NCBI GenBank assembly: GCA_903813345.2
Contig: CAIIXF020000001.1
Coordinates: 14,322,001 to 14,386,000 of the forward strand
Reading direction: 5' to 3'
DNA length: 64,000 nucleotides
Source: Owenia fusiformis
Lineage: Eukaryota
The translations under genes and the position numbers were made by a program. The notes under the pieces were generated by a model that made no database searches, was not told the origin of the DNA, and saw only the letters and a program-made list of their open reading frames with translations. Below are positions 37,931-51,705 of the stretch, piece after piece. Positions within the stretch are counted from its first letter, which is position 1. Every line of letters begins with the position of its first letter.

Positions 37931-40900
37931 CAAACAGTCATACGCAAGGAGCCATTCTCTGAAACATCAACCCCCAAACATGAGTGACTGACAGACTAGA
38001 CTGAAGGTATTTCTGCACAGCGTAGTCCCATAACAGAATCTTTTGAATCTGAAAGTGCCAGAGTAAAAAGTTGCATTGAGATCCTATTTGTATCATTAAT
38101 ATCAAATCCATAACATATTCCAGATTAAAATCTTTACATAAATAAGTCAATTTGATTTTTATTGATAGTGACCCATTTAGCAAGAATCCCAGTTTTTAAA
38201 CCAGGATATCAACTAATCACTGATACATGGATTTGTACAAGGATGTCGGTTACATTCTCTAGGTTTACAGCTGATATTTTGAATCTGCATCAAATACTCT
38301 GTAAGATTATATTGAAAAACACTCAAGAATATAATTGCTTGAATATAAGTAGGTTTTCCTTAGTGCCTCATATCCTGATTGAGCTAGTTATTTATATAAA
38401 TAGAATCAAAACAGATCAGAAACAATTCATTTTTCGATCTGTGGATAATGATAATCTATAGTGACAATAGCATATGTGGAAGCTGCTAGGATTCAAGAGG
38501 CATTGACCTTTTCATAAGACAACAGACCAAGTCCTCGAAATAATTCCTCTCAATACTTCGTAGAACTACCTGGGTATTGATTGCTCCTAAAATGACTACC
38601 TTCTATAAGATGTAAACACTGACCCTTCTCATCAGACAACGGACCAAATGTTCAAGCAGGATACAATAATTTCTCACTCTCGCAATTAAGAAAACAAGTG
38701 CCTGGACATGGCTGCTGTAAGAATATTCCTCTGACCATCCAAACCCAATATCCTGTTGAGTACAGAGCTGATAGATCAATCAGTTGAGTAAATCATCTTA
38801 AATGTATTTCAATTTATTGAGCAATGTTAACATGAAAATGCCAGAAATCACCATTAGTGGAACAATGAAATTCAATTAAGTCCATTTATTTGGTTAGTTC
38901 CGACCATGTAACCTCTATTTCCCTCCTAATATTAGATATAAGTAAGATATGTTCTGCACTTAGCAGAAGTTCCGCCAAATATATATTTAGAAGTCTATCT
39001 GGTACCCGGACTAGTACACGAAATGGTATCTTTCTGATTTGTCTAATACTGTTCCCTCAGTAAATAAACAGGGGCTCATTACCAAAAACCGTCATCAAGT
39101 TGAGAATTTCTAAATCATTTTTTTTGTAGCCATGGATATAATGATGTCATAGGAAGAGAACACTCCAAGGCTCAGAAATTCTTAAACTTGATGAAAGTTT
39201 CAAGATACTGTAAATACTATGGTGATCAATAATTTTGCAACCACAGTCCCTGATGTGACTTGACTGACTGGTCTATTCAGAAAACTGACAAATTCAGATA
39301 TTGTACAAAATTAATATAGTGTCCATTCAGTGACAAAGACATAACTATCTGTTTTCAAATGTTCATAAAGGCTAATTATCTAAAAAGCATTAAAAGTAAA
39401 AATCAAATTTCTGCTTCTGCTTCCACTAAATCTGGACAACAGGTCAATTTCTATTCAACATACAAACAATTGATACAAAGTAAACCTCTTATTCTCAAAA
39501 TGGACACTCCTTTAACTTAAAAGATATCTGGCTTTGTCAATATTTTCTGGACAAACATAGAAAGCACGACCATGCAATAACTCCTCCATTTTGGTGTTGG
39601 ACTATGGTCAAAAGTTAAGCCAATCAGAGTCAATTGCTGTGGCTTTGATCGATCATTGATCACTGAGAATACAAATCAATGACCAATTTTGATATTATGT
39701 CTTCAACATTCATGGGCCAATCAGCAATGATAAGTCTCTCGTTTGTTGCATTATCTTGCACAAGAACAACAGCGTCCAACTTTGACAAAGATCCACCCCT
39801 CTCAAAAATGACTTACATTTCAGCAATTAAATTCAGCAAAGACTAAATTGACTCCATTCTAAACTTACATCACACGAAGGCCTTAACCCTTCAATAACAT
39901 CTATTAGACTCAGACAGGCATGATTAAATACACGCAAATATAGAACCTTAGCCTATATTAGATCAACAGATGTGCAAAAGTATACACTGATGCCTGGCAT
40001 AACATAATTATCTCAACTTTTAGAACAAATATACATTTATTTGGTTTTATTGGAAATTTGCAGAAATGGAATATCCAATAATTATTTTATTTTCATAATC
40101 CAGATCTAACATACATATTTTATGGCTACAATAAATATAGGTTGTGTTATATGTCTGAAAAAAAGTAAAGAGCAAGAATCTCAATATGCCCATTTAACAT
40201 AAGCTTTACATCTAATAAGAATTTTTGAAGGTACATGTACATCCAAAAGATATGAAACTATATATACATGTATAGGAAAAGAGACAAGATGTCAAACAAA
40301 ATCTGTTAATTTAGCCTCTGGACCGTAACTTCTATCTACTTCACCTCCTTGTAGAACCTATAGAAATAAATCCAGGCATTCAGGAGAAGTCTCAATCGTA
40401 CACTGGGCACAAAACTGCTGTTGAACGTGTGTACAGTAAAACAGCTCTAATTTGATCGATAATGGGTTGGGCCAAAGTGTTTGGATTAAAAGGTGTTCAA
40501 ATTTCAAGGTTTTTAAGGATGAGAGCCACTGTAAGTGAATAAAGAAAAAAAAGTGTTCACATTGAGAGGTGTTTGGATTAGAGAGGTGTTCACTTATACA
40601 GGTTTTGCCATAATACCTTGTAATACAAGGTTTCGGTTATGTACCTTTAAATGCAAGACAACGACACATCTCTGATGTTCAATGATCTGCTAAAGTAATC
40701 TTAGTCGAATTGAAGGTTGCCGTAATCACAATATTACACTAAGGCTTATTGATTGACACAAATACATGGTGTCCCGGAACTCAAGAGAATTTAGTTTTCT
40801 GATTATGTAATATGAATAAGATATTCAATTTATTTACATGGATGAGACTTAAATCAAGATTACAAATTTCTAGATAACTTGTGCATGGAATAATAAAGGT

Positions 40901-42404
40901 TCCTAACAGATGAAACATAACCCAATAGAATTTCCTTTGTACTCCACATTGAATGAAATCATTTTCAAAACTTTGAATTGCCATTGTTAAATTGATACAT
41001 GAACAATATTTAATAAAGAAATCCCTATTCAATTCTCCCCACCATAATAGTAGGATATACTTTACATTACAAAAAAATGTAAACATGATTTGATTTGTTA
41101 TCAGCAAGTCTCTTTCTTATACAAGATGTTTAAACAGTGAGGTAGAAAGCAATAAAAACAAGTGACAACATGCTTAGAAACACTATGCTATTCAAAAGTA
41201 TTGTTTTGATAACCTAACTAACATTTACACTGGCCTCAACCAACGTCTCATTTGTTGTCATATGTCAGTTGCAAAATAACTAGATGTGATGGATTATGGC
41301 TCAGAGAGTAATAATTTCAAGATAAGCACCGAAGTAAGATGTTATTTCAAAAAGTATTAGGTCAAAATAGTGAAGACTAACACATGTGAACCTACTTTTC
41401 ACTAGATGTTTGTATTATTTCATTGCCGTAGATTGTTTTTATGAATTTGAATACTAAAAGAGTACCTTCACTTCTACCGAAAGTATTCTTAATTAATACC
41501 TCCTTTATGTAACTCTTTGAACTTCAATTTTCATTTCAAAATGATCATATTATTTCTCTTTATGTATACAAGACAGAGTATAATAGCGCAGTGTAAGAGG
41601 TTACTTCGAACTGTGAAAGAATTAGAACTACCGTACAGTATGAACTATGAAGAACAATTTGCCTTACACACAAATACTTCATCGATTTGTAACTGCGCGT
41701 GCCATACTGACATACAGAGCATATGGTCTCATCTTCCCATATTTCATACCTTGAGTGTCTTTCTTAAGCTAAGAGGAAATAGTCCAATATGAGTCAAGTT
41801 CCAAGAGATACCTGGAGGATCATATTTAATACAACCTTTTCTCTTGCCTTTGATTCCCTTGAAAATGATTCTTTTGTCTGATGTATCGATTCTAAGAATT
41901 AATTCCCAGCTTAATTCCTTGTCTGAATGATCTTATACAAGAGACTTCGTTGTAGCGCATCTTTTTGTATGTTCTGCAATGATATAGCCTTGATGCAAGT
42001 CCACGCTATTTACTTTAGTGATAAGTTGATACAGACTAAGAAAGAGTAGCATAGATACTGTCTTTGAAGGATAATGGAAGGAAAGTAGAAACTGAAGAAA
42101 AATGTCCAGGGTATGTTTCATGAAAAGCTGAGTTGCTATATCTAGTTCTTGAGTATACTGATCAAAAATCATTAAAGTAAATGATAGAATCCAGGGAACA
42201 TCTATAATTTCAAGGCATTATAGAAACTCAATGCGAATTGTATATCAGCAGTTAATAGATACGATTCTATTATTATTTACTTCAATGATTTTGGATCAGG
42301 ATAGTCTAGAACTAGATATACATTTGTAGTTTGTACAGTATCTCCATTTCCACCAAAAGATGTCCCCGAATCTTGGAATGACTTGAGAAACATACAATAA
42401 ATAT

Positions 42405-42660
42405 TATGAAGAATATAAAGATGGCCAAATCTCAAAAGTGGGGAATAATATGGGAACTAAAAAGAATGACCAAGTCTCAATAATGGGAGAATGACATGAA
42501 GAATATAAAGTGTGAACAAATCTGAAGAATGGGAGAATGATATGAAGAATATAAAGTGTGAACAAATCTTATGAATGGGAGAATGATATGAAGAATATAA
42601 AGTGTGAACAAATCTCAAGAATGGGAGAATGGGAGAATACAGGAGAACTAATTATGAAGA
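42405..42660. repeat. About 46-bp purine-rich minisatellite (about 5 copies)
   Basis: Unit ATGAAGAATATAAAGTGTGAACAAATCTGAAGAATGGGAGAATGAT. Confidence 0.85.
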
Positions 42661-45175
42661 AGACCAAGGGAGTGAAGGAAATTGAAGAGCTCTCTTCATT
42701 TTGATTGATGTTATTTCCAATCTTAACAATCAACATTCTCTTGCAGAACACATCTATAAAGAACAAAAGTTTGAAAGTCAATATTTCAATATCAGGATAT
42801 AAGATTAATAGCAATGACCCGGTCAATGATCAAAATATATCAAAGTCAGGCAAAATGTCATAGTTTGAAACTCAAAACACACAAGAATTTTCACTTGCCA
42901 TGTTTTACAATCAAAAGTAATTGAAAGGAGGGAAATCTGTAAGGCAAATGTGATAATTATTGTTCTACCAAAATACAAATATCTTGGAAATAAAATACCT
43001 TATGGAATATGACTAAAAACAGAGATGCTTTATGGCCATACTACTAGCTACAAAGATTGAATATCAATTTGCCTTTTAGCGATATGCTTTTCTGAATCGA
43101 ATTAATTTCAATGTCAACACTTCTGCAAACACGAAGTTATCGATCATGTCAGCTGTAATCAATTAAAATGTAAATGATATTTTAAAGAACAATAAAGTAT
43201 GTTTTGCCTCAGATAGATGTGTCAAAAAGTAATTATATTTAGTATTTCTAAGTGCATACCAAGGCTTTATAGAATAAATGATGACATTTAGTATATAATC
43301 ATTTATCAAAAACAAAACATGTGAGTTTTAAGTCTCAAGTACTCGTGGTTTTCAATATCTGCGGTTTTCATGTAATCCCGGCATAGTACTACATGTAGAT
43401 GGCTAATATCAGGCATAAACTTATTTACAATGGATAATTTTCTGCTAGGCTTGCGATAAAGTAAATATATTTTCAGATTATCATCACTGATGAGGAAATG
43501 GATCTTTTTCCAATATTTGAATAAGTTCAAAAATATATGAGGCACAAGGATATTGTTTAAACAGTATTTGCAATTGGCCTTGGAAAGATCATACTTTGAA
43601 TACTTTAGGAGGTCAAAAAAGTTTGTAAACAAAATGACAGTTTTATCACTTTTCTCTAAGGCAGGTGTCCATACAGACAATAAACCACTGAATTTACAGG
43701 AGATAATCAATGGTTTGTTTTCATTTATCCCCAAGGTAACCATTTTTATCAATGATCAATCAATGTGTTCAAGGACACGATACTGTTTTTGGGAAATACT
43801 GGTGAAAAATCATGCTAGCAGGGTCTTTAGGGGATGTGCACAACGAGAAACACTATATAATAAACATCAATACGACGAGATAATAGATTTATTATCCAAA
43901 TTGAATAATAACTAATAAGATCAGTTACTGTTGAATAACATTCTGCCTGGGATTTGTTATTAATCATATAGAAGTCTTATCCGAACAGCTTACATGTACG
44001 TATTATCCGTTGCGGCGATTTACAATTTTACATATCTAATTAGCAAAGTAAATAAACATGCGTCGACGCAGTCGCAGTTGACTATGAAAAGCTCAATCAT
44101 CAATCTTATTTTTATTTTCTTGATTTAAAGATTTATTATGTTTAAAAAAGAAAATGTTTGATTTTTAAGTTCAACCTTTAATTCTTATTATCAAGAACGC
44201 GCATGCAAATTCGCCAACCATGTACATTGTTTGCAGTCTGAGCAATTTAATGTAAATCATTGTATATTTTTCGATATACTGTAATACTATTCATTATTTG
44301 TAAAATTGAACCGAGTATAATCTAAAATTAATCAGCTTTAAATACATTATATGTCATAAAAGTTGCCTTAAAACAATACAATTCGTGCGTTTGTAAATGC
44401 TCTAAAGCCCCGCTAGTATACGAACGAATCCTAAATAGAAATGAGTAAAATTCGTTCCCATTAGTGTGTACACGTTCTACACCGAGACTTCTCCTTTAAA
44501 TCAAATCAGTCCACTAGTATGAGTTTAGAATGGACAGAGGGACGGATGTCTTCATTCAATGGGATGATTAAGATATTTCAAAAGCAGTGTCATTCTTCTA
44601 TGCATACATCACTCCAATCATAACATAAAACAAGCTGTTTATTTTAAAACTATTCTTTACGAATTTATGATAAGTGTATAATGTTCAATCATACAAATCG
44701 CAGTCAGTGATTGTTCTCCACACTCACCCCTCCCCTTCCTGACATGAACTATTTTGTAAAACCATTGACAGTGTGGAAAGGATTCTTACACTCGAGTGTC
44801 AAGGGGGGGGGGGCAGTTACAGAAATATACAAGGCGATGGTTCAAATTGGACAATTTTCAAAACTGCTCAACATGGTGAAAACTTCACGTTTTTAAAGAA
44901 TGCTTGCCCGGCGAGTGGTTTGCTCTGGATTGCGAGAGAACAAAAACTTTGAGTTAGGATTTTTCCTAATACTATCTATACTAAACAACTTTTTAAACCG
45001 TCTCTGACTACATATCATGCCAATTAATACCATTATTGTGTTGACAGGATTAAATATGATATCTATGGAATTATAATTTAATGAACTCAATAGTCTAAAT
45101 GATAATAAGTTCATAATTTAGTCTTGGCTGACTAGTCTTGCATCATCAGAGTTGGATTGAAAATACCTCCCTAAA

Positions 45176-45460
45176 TCAAATATTTAAAATTTACAAATTT
45201 ACTAGTGTACGGGGTGGGGAAACAAGTCTCCATCCAACCACTAAAGTTTAAAAGGAAGACTATAGTGTCCCGTGAATTCATTATAATTATCTTAGACAAT
45301 AGTGAAGCGGTACAATCATTGGAGTGTTAATTAATCGGAATGCAAGTTTGATTTAAAATAACTCTTTTGGATCAAATATTTAAATTCTACTAGAATGCGG
45401 GGAGTGGAAACAAGTCTCCATTCAAGCACTAAATATCAAAAGAAAGATTTCAGTACCCAC
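45176..45460. repeat. Diverged direct repeat of about 90 bp, two copies about 195 bp apart
   Basis: TCAAATATTTAAA...GGAAACAAGTCTCCAT...CACTAAA at about 45176 and 45372. Confidence 0.7.
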
Positions 45461-47493
45461 TAACTTCACTCCCGGACTTCACTATTCACCACCACCTCTC
45501 CCCTTCCCCAAGTATCCCTTATGACCCCAGAATGTTCGTTTCTGTGCCCCCCCTGTCCATGGCCAAGTAATCTATGTGTATATTGGCTCCCTCCCAAAGG
45601 TGGGAAAACCAGATGCAGGCATAGACATTGACAAGGTGAGGGGATTTAAATATAAAAATAGTCTTGTTTTTGGCCCCGACTTATATATTTTGGCACTGTT
45701 TAACGAAGCCGGTTTAAGGAATGAGAGGCAGAAATAATTCCTAGAAATAAGATGGCCTAATCGCGATAGCCGCGACCCCTTTGTCTTTATCCTTCCACAA
45801 TCGGCAGATAAGAGTGGCTCTGGCATACCAGAATGAGATGGCCTGTCTTTACCGTAATCAAGATATGGTACCTAACCGCAGGTTAAGATTGTTAAAACGC
45901 TGAAAATAAAACTTGATTCCTCTCAATTTACATAAAAATGAAACAGATTAGATTCGAATCTCAGTCACACCAGCACCACTGGTCAAAGGAAGTACAAATA
46001 TCTATATTAATCAAATGTCTGAGAATTTGATAACTGTCTGGGATCCAATGTTAATTTTATTGAAGCAAACTAAGAAAAGATGAATTTTAAACGTTTAGAG
46101 GGAAAAGTCAAATATGCATTGATACCCTAAAAATAATTCATTAAAGTGTCGTACACATTTTATAACATTTATATAAATAAAACAAATAAAGCACAACCCT
46201 AATGCCCTATAATGAATTCATATCGGCGCTAAACGGCCCTTGCAATAAAAACGCATCGAAGCAGGGAATGCTTGGAAAATTCTTCCGAGACTGACTTTTG
46301 TTATTTCAAAATTGAAATATGCCTAATTTCTATGAACACGCGATCTTTTTCCCTGGGTTTTACTCTATTTTAGATTTACTAGAAAAATGTTTATATGATG
46401 ATTGCGTTTGCTTCTCACGAGTTCATTGAAACGTTCAGTCGTAAAACTTTAGAGATCAAAAGACTAATTAGGCACCTGATTGCGAAAATTTGATTGCATT
46501 TCGATCGCTGGGATTTTACAAACGTATTGTTTAAGTATCGATCGTGTTCTTGGGATCTTGATAACTTCCTATTTTAAGTTTTGGGTTGAAAGCAATGAGT
46601 ATGTCGGACTTTCTCAAGTCCACATAATGAAACAATATCCCTTTATATTAGTCCAATCGGAATTTGCATAAACATACCAGTTTTATATTGCAAAAAGAAC
46701 TGTAATTAATAGCCTACATAAAAGCATCATGATAAATAAAACATTAAAGCATATATAAAGCCTATTGTTATCGCACCCATCGCACCCCCCCCCCCCCCCT
46801 CCTGGCTACGCCTATGGATATTTTGGCAACTTTCACGTTTACCCCGCCCCCTAATAATTCTTGCGCCCCCTCTAAATATCAGACCCGTCAGGCGTTGAGG
46901 CATGGATCAGGATACCCTGACTCCCAAGCTGTGCGACTTCTGGTAACCGCTACACCTATATTCCCGGGGAAAACGCTTTTAGAAAAATTGTCAAATATGG
47001 TCGTGTGTGGGCGGAGGAGGAGGAGAGGGGTGCGTGCATTGTGTGCGACCCTTCATCAGTTGTGTACCTTATTTTTTGTATGAATTTCTTCCGAATAGTT
47101 ATGCTAGAGGGGTTCTGATATTTATTTCTGTTTTCAAATGAAATAATTTCACCCTTGCCCGACTGACTTGTAGATAATGCACGAATCAAATAGCATGGAG
47201 ATCAGATAATCAGATTGATTCGTATTTTCGCAATCAGATGAATTAACTTATTGTTTTCTTTGATCAAAAGGCGGTTTGAAGCTACTTTTACAGGATTTGT
47301 AAATTCGCAATCAGACTAGCTTATTTTAATATTTAGTCAGTGCAAGAGGAGGGGACTATAATGTAGAAAATTGTTTTGATTTCGACACTAACTGAATAAT
47401 TTATCACAATTGTTAAATAAACAAACAGAAACAAGTTTAAAAATGAGAATAGAGGCAAAAAAGTCTATACATAAAATGTAATTAAAACCCGGG

Positions 47494-48145
47494 AATTAAA
47501 AGCAATTTTAGACTGTTAGATGATCTCTTCTGTAATCAAGGTAGTGATGTTGGTACACTTCCGCCGTTAGAAAAACAAAGACTAAGACAAAGACTATAGC
47601 AATTAATCCTTTTGTAATCATTAAATGTTAGATTCTTATTATTTTGTTGGACAATGTTCAGACTTCTGACTAAGATTAAATCATTTATGTTTGTATTTAA
47701 AAATAGTATTTCAATCAGACAGACGTTCTAATGAGTTAGAAAAATACATTTGTCCATTTCCTCTCAAGAAGTTTTCAAAGGTAATCAAGTCGATTTGTTT
47801 GAGTGTTTAGCATTGTTTTTCATAACTTGACGCTTCCATGAACAGAATGACTTTGAAATGAGTTTTTATAATTTTAGCTTTTATACGGACATGCTTATTG
47901 TATATTTCTATATGAACGTTGTTATGTGATGTAACATCGCCCCCCCCCCCCCCCACCCCAATTACAGGTATACAAATTTAGGTCGGAATGCATTAACTTG
48001 CAATTAAAAGCAATTTTAGACTGTTAGATGATCTCTTATGTAATCTAGGTGATGTTGGTACACTTCCGCATTTAAGAAAACAAAGACTAAAACAAAGAGA
48101 ACTAAGCAATTAATCCTTTTGTTATCATTAAATGTTAGATTCTCA
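47494..48145. repeat. Direct repeat of about 145 bp (47494-47638 and 48002-48145)
   Basis: AATTAAAAGCAATTTTAGACTGTTAGATGATCTCTT...CATTAAATGTTAGATTCT in both copies. Confidence 0.9.
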
Positions 48146-48364
48146 TTTTTTCGTGGAAACTCCCATATTCATTCACATAATGTCTTACAGCTATTTCGCA
48201 AATGACATAATCCTAAACAACATAATATTGCAGAACTGAGCGAAAAGAAAGGTGGAACAAATCAGATTAAGATATTTTATTTTTGAAATGCACAAAGGGC
48301 AACAGTTGAAGAACAAAAGTTAAAGGCGTTGTGAAATAGATCGTGCTTTTATATGATCCCCTTC

Positions 48365-50005
48365 TATAGTACCCTACCCTTTGCATTTGTTCGACTTCAT
48401 TTCTCTAATGAGAGTTTCGTCTTCTCGTAGTTTATAATTAGACTCTGCACGCAGCGTAATAGTGCCCCTATTATCCATGTTCATGTTCTCATTTGATTTT
48501 TCATCAGTTATGACTTGGTAACATTTGCTCCGATTTTCATTACGGCGCCCGACCGATTGAGTATTTTGTTCAGAATTGAATACAATTTTGAACAAAATGC
48601 TCATCGGCCGGGCGCCGGTGCTGAAAATCTGAGCAAATGTGACCACGGCATTATAAAAGCATACTCTTTAATACACGAACAGATTCAAAATGGGACTTTA
48701 TCTATCAGAGAAATAAAAATGGAAAATTTGTATTCTGAAAATATTAACTGATGCATTGGAGTATTAAATATTAAGTTTTACAGTATGTACGCCAAATAAA
48801 TACTTTTATAGTTTTATGTGCATTCAAAGGACCCCGTTTGTAAAATTAATAGAAATGAATAGTTTTATTATCGGGAAAAACTGAGAAATATCTACCAGAT
48901 TCGCCAGAATAGTCATCATCATATCAGTGCGAAATATTAGCAATATTTATTTTCTATGCGATATACACCTGATATTGATAGCCTTCCACGATCATGGTCC
49001 GTTGACATCATCAACCTTGTGATTTGCCATAAGTGATTAACCAACATTTTTTAATTAAAAGTCGGGGTTGACGTTTCTTGACTTTTCACACTGTCATCAA
49101 AACAAAACATAATTTGAAAATAAAAGGCATAAAATAACCATTAAAAGTACATTTTTGAACAAAAGTATCAACTTATATTACACTGCACGCAAATACAAAG
49201 TGAAAAGAACGTGTTCCCGGAGATTGAAATACGGATCGGTAAGTCAACAAATCTAACTGTTAAATAAACAAGCTTAACCTATGTCTGCGATTGTTTGTCT
49301 GAGTGGCCAGATGTTATCCGTTTCGGATAATAAATTTCTGAGAATACTACTGATATCTAAAATACATCTTCCGTGATATTTTTCATAAAACAGGCATCTT
49401 AGCTGCAATTTTGAATAATAGCGTAATTCCTAGCACAATATAAATTAACCCGCCTCTGTTTAATTCAAATATGCATTACCCTTAAGATTTATATACTTAG
49501 ACACCTTTTCATTCTTGATTCGGATTTTTATCTTGTCTTCATCTAAATCTGTGGATTAATAACAGTTTTTAGTATACAAATTGAACATACAAAATGTAGC
49601 GTATTGATTACACGTTACAGTGGCGTAGCCAGCTTTCAGTGGGGGGGGGGGGGAAGGGGTGCGATCGTGGCATTAAAAATGTTTTTGAAGATTTGTTTTG
49701 AATTTTACAAAAATTGGTGCAACTTCGTTCAAAATCGAGCTAGAAGCTTCAAAAAAAGCATTTTAAGACTTTTCTCTTCTATCTAATGGTTCTATTTTCA
49801 TTGGTTATGGAGGGGGGGGGTGCGATCGCATCCCATCGCATCCCCCTGGCTACGCCTATGCGCTATATTAATATAACAAGGTTATCAATATCATGCCAAT
49901 AGTTACCCTGCGTGCAGAGTCTACATGTAGTTAAACTACAAGACGAAGACGAAGCTCTATTTTAAGAAGCGAAGTCAAACGAATGCAGAAGGTAGCCAAT
50001 AGTTA
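48365..50005. mobile_element. Non-autonomous TIR element, about 1.6 kb, with internal hairpin
   Basis: Imperfect TIRs of about 95 bp (core TAGACTCTGCACGCAGCGTAA 48439-48459 / TTACCCTGCGTGCAGAGTCTA 49903-49923); palindrome 48516-48645; related end at about 35470-35607. Confidence 0.7.
49618..49860. mobile_element. Small MITE nested in the 48.4-50.0 kb element
   Basis: CAGTGGCGTAGCCAG...CTGGCTACGCCTATG; matching 3' end also at about 46771-46817. Confidence 0.75.
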
Positions 50006-51555
50006 GATGGTTAACTAATATTAACACAAAATAATAATACACGATAATCAAAAAAATAAACCTCGGTATTCGGGCCTAAAATCCAAGGATACGTGTACCA
50101 TTACTTAAGTGTAAGCTGCAATACCATATCGGATACCTGTACCATTACTCAATAATAACCACTAGTAAGACCATAATACCAAGTTTAATAACCATCTTAT
50201 TGCAATTTATTCCATACGATTTTGTCTTGTGGTGGGTAGTTTTTGTTTGTTTGTTTACTTGTTTGTTTGTTTTGTTTTTTACATCGATTTAAACAGTTAT
50301 TTACTTATCATAACATAATCATGTTATTTTTGTTTTCATATTCTTGAAACAGATAAAGACAAGGTTCAAATTACTCTAGTTGCATTTAAGATGTCTTCAT
50401 ACATTACATATGTGTATAAGTCAAGAATATAGAATGGCCCATTGAAAATGTTATGATCAGCAAATACCTTTACATAAAGGTATGAGAAATACACAATAGC
50501 AAAAAGTCAAGTAATGCTTGTCAGTAGTGTTGGATAAATTTCAATCTTACAAATCAAATAAAATACAATACAAATACATTATGTTCATATTCTATAGAAA
50601 ATTCAAAGGAGAATGGCAATGTTGAAAACACTGACTTGGAAAGAAGAAAGGACACCTTTCAACATACATAATCTCATACCCAGGCTGGTAAACTAAACGA
50701 ACATGTTGAAGACAGGTAGCCAATACCTGTTGAAAGCAGCCAGTCATCTATTAAATACATTTCTTTTCAGCTCACACCATATAACAGAAAAAATTAGTAA
50801 ATATTTTTTTGGTTTCTATAGCAACCAAATTTTCCCACATCAGTCAAAGTTGTTCCCAGCGCTGTAAAATTCATTTAAACAAACTCCTAGGTTAATTTAA
50901 GAGTTGTAATGTTTGTTGGATAAATTGATGAAAATAATACCTATAAGATATCAATAAATCATTAGTTGAATAAAAACATCATAATTTAAAAAGACAATTA
51001 TTGTAAGTTTTCTCACGATCATGTTTCCAAGGTTTACTACGTCAACAAGATATATGATAACATAGTCAGATACAACACGTATGCTAAAATAGACTGTGTG
51101 GAAATAAATAAAGAATACTACAGAAAGGCCAATTATTTCTATTATCCTGTATGCATCTATACTGCAAAACATGTTTTTTTAATTCTTGCTAATAACTTTC
51201 AAAATTGTAAATTTTGCTGAGTAATGATTTCTACCATATTCACCCTAAACTTGTTGTACAACAACATGTTATTAAAAGACACATGTCTCCATTTAAGCAT
51301 CAAACACTTTTGGCTAAAACCTTGTGTAATACTTGCTCAATCAAATCTAAGAAACTGGACATAAAGTGAAGAAAGTACAGAAGATAAAGTAAACAACAAA
51401 GATGACAGCCTTTAGATAACAACAACAACAACAATTGTGATATAGGCATTCATTATAAAATAGAATCATAACAAAAAAATAATAAAATAAACCAAAATAA
51501 GGAACATGTGGTACTTGATTGTTAAACACAAGATTGATGGGTATACCTAACCTAC

Positions 51556-51705
51556 CTGTACAATGGGCAGCAACTACCTCTAGCTTATAGCGGGAATCTG
51601 GCGTGTTCTCTGTCAATTTAGGCGAGATATTGATAATGCTTCCTTTCCTGTTGTATAGCTTCAGTATGTCATTGGGACCTGCTTCAGCCGCAGCTCGGAA
51701 AATAT
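51556..51705 (-). CDS. PDE9A: PDE9-like phosphodiesterase, N-terminal exon (150 nt, phase 1-1): (D)IFRAAAEAGPNDILKLYNRKGSIINISPKLTENTPDSRYKLEVVAAHCT
   Basis: Minus strand tttccag|ATATTTTCC...TGTACAG|gtaggt. Open frame; resembles the PDE9 N-terminal region; phase fits exon 26505-26454. Confidence 0.85.

Noticed and set aside
43306-43915. Overlapping 148-aa and 120-aa ORFs
   Set aside because: Non-ATG starts, no recognisable motif, no convincing splice signals; could be transposon debris.
48374-48751. Paired MVTFA ORFs
   Set aside because: Produced by the internal hairpin; no recognisable domain.
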